A stretch of DNA of 64,000 bases from Steroidobacteraceae bacterium (GCA_035486855.1 DATHMT010000018.1:68238-132237); one strand, 5' to 3'; positions 30,531-38,878 are shown, counted from the first letter of the stretch. The notes: generated by a model not told the origin, from the letters alone. Program-made: numbers and translations.

Positions 30531-32462
30531 ATGAAAACGCGAAATCTGATACGTGGGACTGTCGCGGCGATTATCGCAGCTGGCGCTCCGCTGGGACTCG
30601 TCTGCGCGCAGGCGCCGGCGACAACGGCGAGCGTGGATGGCAAGACGGAGCTTGGCGCCGTAGTGGGAGTGGTGAGTGATGCTGCCGGGCGGCGCGTCGG
30701 CGGCGCTACGGTGACAGCGACCCGGGCAGATGGCAGCGGAGTCAGGGCGGCGATCGCGGGCAGTGATGGCGTATTTTCATTTGCCGACCTCCCGCTCGGC
30801 GCCTGGTCTTTGAGTGTCCAGGCCAAGGGCTATGCTGAGGCGAAACTTCCATCAATCACCGTGCTGCCGCTCCAGGCAATGCGCTCTGATGTGGTGATGC
30901 GGCCGTCGAGCAATGGTGATGGTGCCGGAATGTATGGTGGAACGCAGGTCCCCGGTACCGCGGCTGCTGCTACGGCGGCTCCGGGCACGTTGAAGGGTCT
31001 GGCATCGCAGTTCGTCAGGGCGATCTCTTATGCCACCGTGCCTGATTCGGTACTGGCACAGAACACCGCGCAGGCGGCCCCGCCGCCGGGGGCGCAGACA
31101 GTGCCGTCTGGTTCGTCGGCGCCGGACACGAAGGTAGACACCTTTACTCCGTTCGCCTATGGCGACTTCACCTGGCTGAACGGCAACCCGCGCAATTCGG
31201 CGCCGGCGTTTGATACCCCGTTCTTCACGCCGGATATCAGAGTGGATGCGGAGTACATGCAGGATTTCAATGGTCCCGTCGACCACACGATCGTCGGCTC
31301 AACCGAGTCGTTCCGATCGGGCGAGTTTCAGCTTGAACAGGTGAGCGTCGGCGGTGACTTTCATTGGGAGAATGTCAGGGCACGCATCCTGTACATGGAT
31401 GGTCTGTTCGCGACGACCACTCCCCGAAACGACGCGAGCTCCGCGGTAGGCCAGTGGGATCTGCCGGACGCGTACCGATATCTGTCGGAGGCCAATGCCG
31501 GGTACCATTTCGACGTCAGTCACGGACTGAACGTCGATGCCGGAATATTTGTCTCCTACATCGGCCTGTTCAGCTACTACAACTACGACAACTGGACCTA
31601 CCAGCCGTCCTATGTCTCGTCGAACACACCATGGTTCTTCAATGGGATGCGAATTCAGTGGTTCCCGTCGAATACGCTGAAGATCGAGCCCTGGATCATC
31701 AATGGGTGGCAGTCGTACGCCAAATTCAATGGTCATCTGGGTTACGGAGGTCAGATTCTCTGGCGCCCGGATGAGTGGCTGTCGCTGGTGTTCAATAACT
31801 ACGGCGTGGGAACGGACAATCTGGGCTTGCCGCATACCACTCGCATTCATACCGATGACAGCATCGAGGTGCGTTACTACAACAATCCGGGCGCGCGCGG
31901 AATCTCCAAGATGGCATTTTCTTTGACCGCGGATGCCGGCTGTCAGTATGGCGGTGGCATTCACTGCAGCTCCGGGGCGACCAAGAGCGATTTCCTCGGC
32001 ACGATGCTCTACAATAGAATCTGGTTCCACCACGATCTGTTGGCCGTGACACTGGGTGGCGGTGTGATGGATAACCCGGGTCGCTATCTGACGTTATTGC
32101 CACCCATCAATGGCGCGACTGCCGCGACCGGTACTCCCTATTTCACGGAGAATCCGGGGCAGCACGCCTACATGTGGGATTCGACCCTGAATCTTCAGTA
32201 CATGCCAAAACAGTGGATTACCTGGTGGGGAGAGGTCGGCTTTCGGCACTCCGATATCCCGTACTTTTCCGGAGAGGGCGGCGTAACTCCACCCGGCGGC
32301 AACAATGGCTCGCCGGCGGATTATACCTGTAACTCCGGAGCGACTGCCGGTACGGCGGTGCTGACCCAGGCGCAGGCGGCATGCGGCAGCAGCGGGGTAT
32401 GGTATCCCGACCTGCGCAAGCGGCAGGCGACTCTGTCGGCCGGGGTACTGGTGAAGTTCTGA
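30531..32462 (+). CDS. Outer-membrane beta-barrel protein with an N-terminal carboxypeptidase-regulatory-like (CarboxypepD_reg) domain
   Basis: Signal peptide. 'GVVSDAAGRRVGGATVTATRADGSG...GVFSFADLPLGAWSLSVQAKGY'. Aromatic-rich alternating strands and a C-terminal '...GVLVKF'. Confidence 0.7.
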   Translation: MKTRNLIRGTVAAIIAAGAPLGLVCAQAPATTASVDGKTELGAVVGVVSDAAGRRVGGATVTATRADGSGVRAAIAGSDGVFSFADLPLGAWSLSVQAKGYAEAKLPSITVLPLQAMRSDVVMRPSSNGDGAGMYGGTQVPGTAAAATAAPGTLKGLASQFVRAISYATVPDSVLAQNTAQAAPPPGAQTVPSGSSAPDTKVDTFTPFAYGDFTWLNGNPRNSAPAFDTPFFTPDIRVDAEYMQDFNGPVDHTIVGSTESFRSGEFQLEQVSVGGDFHWENVRARILYMDGLFATTTPRNDASSAVGQWDLPDAYRYLSEANAGYHFDVSHGLNVDAGIFVSYIGLFSYYNYDNWTYQPSYVSSNTPWFFNGMRIQWFPSNTLKIEPWIINGWQSYAKFNGHLGYGGQILWRPDEWLSLVFNNYGVGTDNLGLPHTTRIHTDDSIEVRYYNNPGARGISKMAFSLTADAGCQYGGGIHCSSGATKSDFLGTMLYNRIWFHHDLLAVTLGGGVMDNPGRYLTLLPPINGATAATGTPYFTENPGQHAYMWDSTLNLQYMPKQWITWWGEVGFRHSDIPYFSGEGGVTPPGGNNGSPADYTCNSGATAGTAVLTQAQAACGSSGVWYPDLRKRQATLSAGVLVKF

Positions 32463-32487
32463 GCCCAAGCCGCTGCTCTGATCAGTG

Positions 32488-32509
32488 GGCCCCGAGACGA
32501 TTCGGGGCT
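32488..32509. terminator. Candidate bidirectional hairpin between convergent genes
   Basis: GGCCCCGA/TCGGGGCT stem (8 bp including one G-T pair) with a 6-nt loop, lying between the OMP stop and the ntrC-like stop. No clear U-tract. Confidence 0.35.
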
Positions 32510-32556
32510 CACTATGGCGGCGGCGTGAATGGCGGGTCGCGAAACGCCTCGGGCCG

Positions 32557-33999
32557 TTAGCGCAGTCCCGCTGCCGGTTCGGTTGCGTCCTGGAGGATGT
32601 CGAGGTGGCGCAGCTTCCTCGTCAGCGTGTTGCGACCCCAGCCGAGCAGTTTCGCCGCATCCCCGCGGCACCCTTGCGTGCGCCGCAATGCTGCGCGAAT
32701 GAGCGTTCGTTCGAATTGAAGTTGGGCCCCGTCCAGCACCGCGCGCTTGCCCGAGAGTACCTGGCTGTCGGCCCAGTGAGCGAGCAGCTGCAGCCAATCC
32801 GTGTTGGAAGGAGGCTTTGCGTAATACTCGAGCGGAATGTCCTCGACCCGTATTTCCGTTCCAGGTGCCAGGACCGTGAGCTGACGACAAAGGTTCACCA
32901 ACTCGCGGACGTTCCCCGGCCAGTCATATGCGCAGAGGATGGAGCAGGCCTCATCCGTCAGGGCTTTCGGTTCGACGCCCATATCGCGGGCGGCAACCCG
33001 CAGGTAGTGATCGAGGAGATCGGGGATGTCTTCGGACCGCGATCGCAGCGGCGGTAGGTCGATGCGTATCACGTTGAGACGATGATAGAGATCGGCGCGA
33101 AAATCGCTCTTTTTCACGCGATTGGGCAGATCCCGGTGAGTAGCGGCAATGACCCGCACATCAACGCTGATCGGTGCTGATCCACCAACCCTGTAAAACG
33201 CGCCCTCGGCGAGCACCCGTAATAGCCGGGTTTGCGCCGAAGGGGGCATATCACCGATCTCATCAAGAAACAAAGTTCCACCATGCGCCTGCTCGAAGCG
33301 ACCAATACGGGCCTGGGCCGCCCCCGTGAATGCTCCCTTTTCGTGTCCGAACAGCTCTGCTTCCAGCAGTTCGGCGGGAATTGCTGACGAATTCAGCGCG
33401 ACAAAGGGCTGGCCTGCGCGCGGACTGTGTTCGTGCAACGCCCGTGCGACCAGCTCCTTGCCCGTTCCCGACTCGCCCGTGATGAGCGCTGTGACGCTGG
33501 AGGTGGAGAGGCGACCGATTGCGCGGAAGACCTGCTGCATGGCGGGAGCGCGGCCTAACAGGCGCCAGGCGGGCGTCATGGATTGACGGTGGGAAGTCGT
33601 AGCATGTCGGGCCGGACGTGCCGCGCGTGCAATCAGGCGGATCGCCTCGTCGATGTCGAAGGGCTTCGGCAAGTACTCGAAGGCGCCGGTCTCGTATGCA
33701 TCGACGGCGCTATCCAAGTCTGAGTGCGCGGTCATGACGACAACAGGCAGCGTTGGATCAATGACGCGCACCTTCTTGAGCAGCTCCAGCCCTGACTGAC
33801 CCGGCATCCGGATATCGGTTATCAGAACGTCGGGCTTCCCGGTGTGGAAGGCCTCCAGAGCGAGTTCAGCGGACTCAAAACATTGAGTGGTGGCTCCGTA
33901 TTGCCTCAGGGCCCGTTCCAGAATCCACCTGAAGGAGGCATCGTCATCGACAATCCAGACAGTCATCATTGGGTGAGTCATGGCTGTGCCGTACGTCAA
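32557..33999 (-). CDS. ntrC: Sigma-54-dependent response regulator, NtrC (NR-I)-like
   Basis: Receiver 'VWIVDDDASFRWILERAL...DVLITDIRMPGQSG'. AAA+ 'GESGTGKE', 'GAFTGA', 'LDEIGDM'. Fis HTH 'AAKLLGWGRNTLTRKL' close to E. coli NtrC. The start is more likely an internal ATG (33981/33969) than TTG 33999. Confidence 0.8.
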   Translation of the reverse strand: MTYGTAMTHPMMTVWIVDDDASFRWILERALRQYGATTQCFESAELALEAFHTGKPDVLITDIRMPGQSGLELLKKVRVIDPTLPVVVMTAHSDLDSAVDAYETGAFEYLPKPFDIDEAIRLIARAARPARHATTSHRQSMTPAWRLLGRAPAMQQVFRAIGRLSTSSVTALITGESGTGKELVARALHEHSPRAGQPFVALNSSAIPAELLEAELFGHEKGAFTGAAQARIGRFEQAHGGTLFLDEIGDMPPSAQTRLLRVLAEGAFYRVGGSAPISVDVRVIAATHRDLPNRVKKSDFRADLYHRLNVIRIDLPPLRSRSEDIPDLLDHYLRVAARDMGVEPKALTDEACSILCAYDWPGNVRELVNLCRQLTVLAPGTEIRVEDIPLEYYAKPPSNTDWLQLLAHWADSQVLSGKRAVLDGAQLQFERTLIRAALRRTQGCRGDAAKLLGWGRNTLTRKLRHLDILQDATEPAAGLR

Positions 34000-34276
34000 A
34001 TAAAAATGGGACCCGGCACATCGCCAGGCTTGTCCGAGCCTAGCGAGCCGCGTGTGAAGACGGTGCTAAGAAATGGAATTCCAGGGTGGCTGAACCGGCT
34101 CCGAATCCGGGGGGTTGCCCGATCGCCGCGCGCGGGTTTCAGCAATGAAAACAATAGGTTGCGCGATGGTTACGCGAGCCAGGCAAGCAGGCCGTTCATT
34201 CACGACGCCTTTGTACCCGGCTCGCTATGGCGAATCCTGACGCGCACCCTGTCGCTCGCCACACGGTTGTTTGCGG

Positions 34277-34954
34277 TCACGAGCCGTGCGGCAACGTCGC
34301 GATCAACGCGGTGTAGCCGGTCCACACGATCTCAATCCCAATGCACATCAGAATGAACGCCGACAGACGCACCATGACATCGAGGCCCGTCGCACCCAGT
34401 ACCCGCGCGATCCGATCCGCGAAGCGGTACGCGATGTAGATCGAGAGCCCGATCCCGATCAGGCCAATCAGGGCGCCGGTGGCGTGCGAGGCCAGCTGCG
34501 GGAGATGGTAGGCGTCATCGGGCTTGCGACTGCCGATCGTCACCGCCACCGACATGGAGCCCGGGCCGACGGTAAGCGGCATGGTGAGCGGATAGAAGCC
34601 TCCGGCGGCCCTCCCGGACTGATTGGGCATATCGGCCGCCCCGTGATCGCTCCATTGTTCCTGGGTCAGAAGCTTCCAGCCCAGCGCCGTGACCACCAAT
34701 CCGCCGGCGACCCGCATCACCGGCAGCTCGATGCCGAAGAACTGGAGCAGCCAGGGTCCCAGCGCCATCGAACCCAGCAGCAGCAAGAATCCGTTGAGGG
34801 CGATTTTGCGGGCCAGGACGTGCCGTTCCGCGGTCGAGGATCCCGCAGTCAGGGCCAGGAAGAACGGCGCGGCCTCCAACGGATTGACGATCGGAAACAG
34901 TCCCGCGAAGGTCAACAGCGCAGCACTCGATACATTGCCAAGCAGGGTATCCAT
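34277..34954 (-). CDS. MarC-family (UPF0056) integral membrane protein
   Basis: 225 aa, 6 TM, 'FPIVNPLEAAPFFLALT' N-terminal signature. Confidence 0.8.
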   Translation of the reverse strand: MDTLLGNVSSAALLTFAGLFPIVNPLEAAPFFLALTAGSSTAERHVLARKIALNGFLLLLGSMALGPWLLQFFGIELPVMRVAGGLVVTALGWKLLTQEQWSDHGAADMPNQSGRAAGGFYPLTMPLTVGPGSMSVAVTIGSRKPDDAYHLPQLASHATGALIGLIGIGLSIYIAYRFADRIARVLGATGLDVMVRLSAFILMCIGIEIVWTGYTALIATLPHGS

Positions 34955-34976
34955 CTATCTTAGAATACCCGACCTG

Positions 34977-36392
34977 ATGATGTTGACCATCCATACCGCC
35001 TACGAGCTGTTCGACACCTGGATCGTGCTGGTGCTGTCGTTTGGTTGCGCCGCGTTCGCCTCGATCCATGCGCTGCTGACCAAGCCGGACCCGCGCAGCG
35101 CCTTTGGCTGGATTGCCATGTGCTGGCTGTTTCCGCTGGGCGGTGCGGTGCTGTACGGGCTGTTCGGTATCAATCGGGTGCGCGTGCGCGCCCGGCAGCT
35201 GCGCGGCGCCCTCGGCAATCCGCGCAACCCGGTGCGGCTCCCGTCGGCGGACGCGCCGGCCGATCACTTGATGCGTATCGGCGATGCCGTGACGCAGTGG
35301 TCGCGGATATCTGGCAACCTCATTGAATCACTCGAGAATGGCGAGAACGCCTTTCCGCCCATGCTCGAGGCCATCGCCGGCGCGCAGCGAACGGTGTGGC
35401 TGGCGACGTACATTTTCGAGACCGATCCGGTCGGGCAGCAATTCATCCAGGCGTTGGCTGCGGCAGCCAAGCGAGGCGTTGCGGTTCGGGTACTCATCGA
35501 CGGCGTCGGCGAGTGGTACAGCTGGCCGCACGCGGTACCCGAGCTGCGGCGCTCCGGCGTGCGGGCCGAGCGCTTTCTGCCGCCCCGGCTGTTTCCGCCG
35601 CGTCTGTCCCTCAACATGCGCAACCACCGCAAGCTGCTGCTGGTCGATGGCAAGGTGGGTTTTCTCGGCGGCATGAACATCGGCGGGCGCGAAGTCGGCA
35701 AGTCCGGCGCACGACGCATGGCCGATCTGCATTTCAAGGTGCACGGGCCGGTGCTGCAGGAGCTCGGCGAGGCCTTTCGGGTCGACTGGATGTTCGCATC
35801 CAAGGAGACACTGGCAGTGCCCGAGGCGCCGCCCAGCTGCGGCAGCTGCCTGTGTCGGGTGATCACCGAAGGTCCGGACGAGGACAACGACAAGCTGGTG
35901 TCCGTCATGCTCGGCGCCGTGTCGATGGCGCGTGAACAGCTGCTGATCATGACCCCGTACTTCATCCCGCCGCCGGAGTTGAGTTCAGCGTTGCAGTCCG
36001 CGGCGCTGCGCGGAGTGGATGTGACACTGGTGCTGCCCGAGCGCAGCAATCTGCGCTACGTGGATTGGGCCTGCTGGCGCTGGCTGCAGCCGCTGGTCGA
36101 GCGGGGGGTGCGCGTGTTGCTGCAACCGCCCCCGTTCGCCCATACCAAGCTGCTGGTGATGGATGGGGATTACGCCCAGATCGGTTCGGCCAACCTCGAT
36201 CCCCGCAGCCTGCGCCTGAATTTCGAGATTGCGCTGGAGGTTTACGATCCGGAATGCTGCCAGCGGCTGGCGCGCTACATCATTGAGGCACGGAATCGTT
36301 CAAAACCGCTGACCGCGCCCATGATCTCGGATATCGGTATCTGGGCGCGGCTGCGCAACAGCGTGTGCTGGCTGCTGTCGCCGTATCTTTGA
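34977..36392 (+). CDS. cls: Cardiolipin synthase (PLD superfamily, two HKD motifs)
   Basis: Start ATGATG at 34977. N-terminal TM pair. HKD motifs 'HRKLLLVDG' and 'HTKLLVMDGDYAQIGSAN'. Confidence 0.9.
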   Translation: MMLTIHTAYELFDTWIVLVLSFGCAAFASIHALLTKPDPRSAFGWIAMCWLFPLGGAVLYGLFGINRVRVRARQLRGALGNPRNPVRLPSADAPADHLMRIGDAVTQWSRISGNLIESLENGENAFPPMLEAIAGAQRTVWLATYIFETDPVGQQFIQALAAAAKRGVAVRVLIDGVGEWYSWPHAVPELRRSGVRAERFLPPRLFPPRLSLNMRNHRKLLLVDGKVGFLGGMNIGGREVGKSGARRMADLHFKVHGPVLQELGEAFRVDWMFASKETLAVPEAPPSCGSCLCRVITEGPDEDNDKLVSVMLGAVSMAREQLLIMTPYFIPPPELSSALQSAALRGVDVTLVLPERSNLRYVDWACWRWLQPLVERGVRVLLQPPPFAHTKLLVMDGDYAQIGSANLDPRSLRLNFEIALEVYDPECCQRLARYIIEARNRSKPLTAPMISDIGIWARLRNSVCWLLSPYL

Positions 36393-36414
36393 GAGCACGC
36401 GCGTGCCTGCCGGG

Positions 36415-38409
36415 TCAGCCCTCGGGAGGTATCGTGACCATCGTGATGCGTCGCGACCCAAGGGTCGCACCGTCACTGGGTTCATCGATGACGACGTAGA
36501 AGCTCTTCGCGACCGTGCGGCGCGGGTCCGCGACGATCGGCACCAGCGCGTGCGCTTCATGCACGCCGCTCGGGATGTACTCGACCCGCGAATTCACCGG
36601 TACGAAATCCTGCCCGGGTTTTGCGGTTCCGGGCTCGGTCCACCAGGTAAAACTCACGTTGTTGCGATAGTTGTCGCGGCGCTTGATGATGACGCTCGCA
36701 ACGGAATTGACGGGATCCACGTCAACCGCGTCCGCGGCCATCTCGATGCGGGCGGACTGTGGATACGCCGCGGCCGGCGCCTGCGTGGCGGCAGGGGTGC
36801 CCTGCGTGCGCAGTGCAACCGGCGCAGCAGCCCTGCGCACGGCATGCGCGACCGGTGCAGGCGTGCGGGCGGGTGGCGCCGGCGGTGCTTCGGTGATCAG
36901 CGGTTGGGCCGCGACCGTCGGCGCGGCGCCGCCTTGAAAGTTGCTGCGAATCGAATTCCATACTCCGCTTGCGCCCGAGCCGACTCCCGCGACCATGTTC
37001 GAGACCTGCTTGGGATTTTGCACCGCCCACCAGCACATCGCGGCGGCGAGCGCGATCAGCCCGCCCGTCAGCCAGCCCGATGCGGTGCGGGGGTGTTCGC
37101 GCGAGTTCATGACAGACTGCAGCAGGGGCAGGCGAATGGGCTCGGACGGCAGGTTTAACTGGTCGAGCCAGGTTTGGATGTCGGCAGGCCGTCGCTGGCG
37201 ATTGAAGCTCAGGCCGTCCTTCAGCGCGCTCCATTGCCGCTGACTGATGCCGATGGGTCGCCGCGGTGACAGATGCGCTGCGCGCGCCTGCAGTGCATTG
37301 CGTCCCTGAAACGGATGTCTTCCGGTCAGCAGCACGTAGCTGACGCAGGCGAGCGCATAGATGTCATCGCGCACGTTCGCGGGGCCGCCGTTGAGCACCT
37401 CACAGCTCGAATAACTGGGCGTCGCCACCGGGATGCGTGACAGTTCCTCGGGGTTCGGTATCGTCGGCTCCCGATGCACCCGGCAGGAGGCGCCAAAATC
37501 CAGCACCCGGATGTCGCCCCAGTCGGTAATGAAGATGTTTCCGGGATTGAGGTCGCCGTGCACGACATCGCGCGAGTGTGCGTACGCGATGGCCGCTCCC
37601 ACGGCCTGAATGATGGCCAGGGCGTACTGACGCTTCAGCGGGGTTGCCTTCGGATTGGTCAGCAGGCGACTCAGCGGGCCGCCGCTCAGCCGCTCCATGG
37701 TGAAGAATGTCAGGTCACCGTCGCGATCGAAGTCGTGCACGCGGACGATGTTGGGATGCGACAGGGTCTGCAGAATCTGGAATTCACTGCGCAACTCGGC
37801 CAATAACTGCGGACGCTGCGCGACGGCCGTGTGCAGTACCTTGATGGCCACGCGCTGTGCGCCGTCAATTTCATCGACCAGAAACTCGTCCAGCGCGGCA
37901 TAGATCGTTCCCATGCCACCATGCGCCAGCACCCCCTGGATGCGGTAACGATTGCGCAGCACCTCGTTGGCGACGAGCGCGCGTGGATCGGCCGCGGCCG
38001 CGACCGCGGTCGCGATCTCGGTAACCTTCTCCGGGAGGAGTTTCTTTTCCTGTGGCTTGGCCGCAAGAGGCCTGGACTGCGGCTCGGCGATTCGCGGCTG
38101 CGAGATCTTGGGCTCGGCAACCTGCGGGCGACGGATCAGTAGCGCCTGCACCTGGCCGTTCAGGCCCTGAAATTCATCCGCACTGATCTTGTGGCGACGA
38201 AAGTACTGGTCCACCAGCGAGAGCAGCGTCCACCCCGAATCGGGGTTGCCCACGACGGAGTTGCGCACACCGCGAAAGAGCGTCTCCCAACTGCACTCGC
38301 CGGCGGAGAGATCATCGAGCCACTCCTCGAAGCTGCGATTGCTCTCGACAGGCGTAGGTTGGGTGGTCTCCCCTTCAAATCCCGCTTCTAACGGCACAGC
38401 TAACATCAA
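36415..38409 (-). CDS. Membrane receptor-type Ser/Thr kinase-like protein: unknown N-domain, divergent kinase core, single TM, periplasmic Calx-beta-like domain
   Basis: 664 aa. 'AHGGMGTIYAA', 'VAIKVL', catalytic loop 'HGDLNPGNIFI' (non-RD, Lys replaced by Asn), 'DFGAS'. TM 'WLTGGLIALAAAMCWWAV'. C-terminus 'VSFTWWTEPGTAKPGQDFVPV...SFYVVIDEPSDGATLG' resembles Calx-beta. Confidence 0.75.
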   Translation of the reverse strand: MMLAVPLEAGFEGETTQPTPVESNRSFEEWLDDLSAGECSWETLFRGVRNSVVGNPDSGWTLLSLVDQYFRRHKISADEFQGLNGQVQALLIRRPQVAEPKISQPRIAEPQSRPLAAKPQEKKLLPEKVTEIATAVAAAADPRALVANEVLRNRYRIQGVLAHGGMGTIYAALDEFLVDEIDGAQRVAIKVLHTAVAQRPQLLAELRSEFQILQTLSHPNIVRVHDFDRDGDLTFFTMERLSGGPLSRLLTNPKATPLKRQYALAIIQAVGAAIAYAHSRDVVHGDLNPGNIFITDWGDIRVLDFGASCRVHREPTIPNPEELSRIPVATPSYSSCEVLNGGPANVRDDIYALACVSYVLLTGRHPFQGRNALQARAAHLSPRRPIGISQRQWSALKDGLSFNRQRRPADIQTWLDQLNLPSEPIRLPLLQSVMNSREHPRTASGWLTGGLIALAAAMCWWAVQNPKQVSNMVAGVGSGASGVWNSIRSNFQGGAAPTVAAQPLITEAPPAPPARTPAPVAHAVRRAAAPVALRTQGTPAATQAPAAAYPQSARIEMAADAVDVDPVNSVASVIIKRRDNYRNNVSFTWWTEPGTAKPGQDFVPVNSRVEYIPSGVHEAHALVPIVADPRRTVAKSFYVVIDEPSDGATLGSRRITMVTIPPEG

Positions 38410-38603
38410 TGGGCCACCCGAGTTAAGTTAAATTCGGCGACTTGGGAATCGACTCGCTTTCGGCCAGCCCGCCTGTCCTTCATCGTTGTAAGTATGCTCG
38501 GTAATAACGTCGAGCATGACTGTCCGATGACAACCCAGCAAGGACGTAGGCTTTCTCCGATTGCCAATAATCGTAATTGCGGAAACAGGTGCCCTGGATG
38601 GTA

Positions 38604-38622
38604 TACTGTACAAACATACAGT
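38604..38622. promoter_or_regulatory. Candidate LexA (SOS) box of the CTGT-N8-ACAG type, overlapping a -10-like hexamer
   Basis: TACTGTACAAACATACAGT versus the E. coli-type consensus TACTGTATATATATACAGTA. TATACT (38603-38608) overlaps the left arm. Intergenic, 17-26 nt upstream of the 38639/38648 start codons. Confidence 0.55.
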
Positions 38623-38638
38623 CCCGTGACCATCTGCG

Positions 38639-38878
38639 GTGCCCGCCATGCTGCTTGATCCGAAACACCTCATTGACCGCTCCATCGCGGATCTTACTCA
38701 ACTGTCTTCGCTGCTGGCCGCCGAAGTCCGCTGCGAGCGGCTGCTGCACTCACCGGAGCTGCGCGCGTGCGAAGAGGCGGTCGCGACCATCGGCAACCTG
38801 ATTCCGCGGCTTCAGGCCGCGCGCAATGCGCCGATCGCTGCCCTCAGCGTGAGTCGTTGCCCCAGCTGCGACGACTGA
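38639..38878 (+). CDS. Small hypothetical protein (76-79 aa) with two Cys pairs
   Basis: GTG 38639 or ATG 38648. High-GC3 codon usage. '[14 protein letters not shown]' and C-terminal 'CPSC'. Weak or no SD. No family recognised. Confidence 0.45.
   Translation: MPAMLLDPKHLIDRSIADLTQLSSLLAAEVRCERLLHSPELRACEEAVATIGNLIPRLQAARNAPIAALSVSRCPSCDD

Noticed and set aside
14221-32462. Calling the lower-GC block a genomic island or mobile element.
   Set aside because: It has no integrase or transposase, no tRNA target, and no flanking direct repeats that I could find. The composition impression rests on a few hand-counted lines. It is reported as a low-confidence observation, not as a mobile_element feature.
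30437-34276. Sigma-54 promoters (TGGCAC-N5-TTGC) that could be targets of the orphan NtrC-like regulator, sought in the intergenic regions around it and upstream of the beta-barrel and MarC genes.
   Set aside because: No convincing GG-N10-GC element with the right flanks was seen, so none is reported.
33844-34356. A 170-aa plus-strand ORF spanning the ntrC-marC intergenic region.
   Set aside because: It overlaps the 5' end of ntrC and the 3' end of marC on the opposite strand, and has no motifs and poor codon usage.
38406-38749. Minus-strand ORFs (75-89 aa) in the kinase/prfC intergenic region that overlap the LexA-like box.
   Set aside because: They overlap one another in different frames, run through the putative promoter, and have atypical codon usage. 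The plus-strand 38639-38878 ORF is the better, though still uncertain, candidate.
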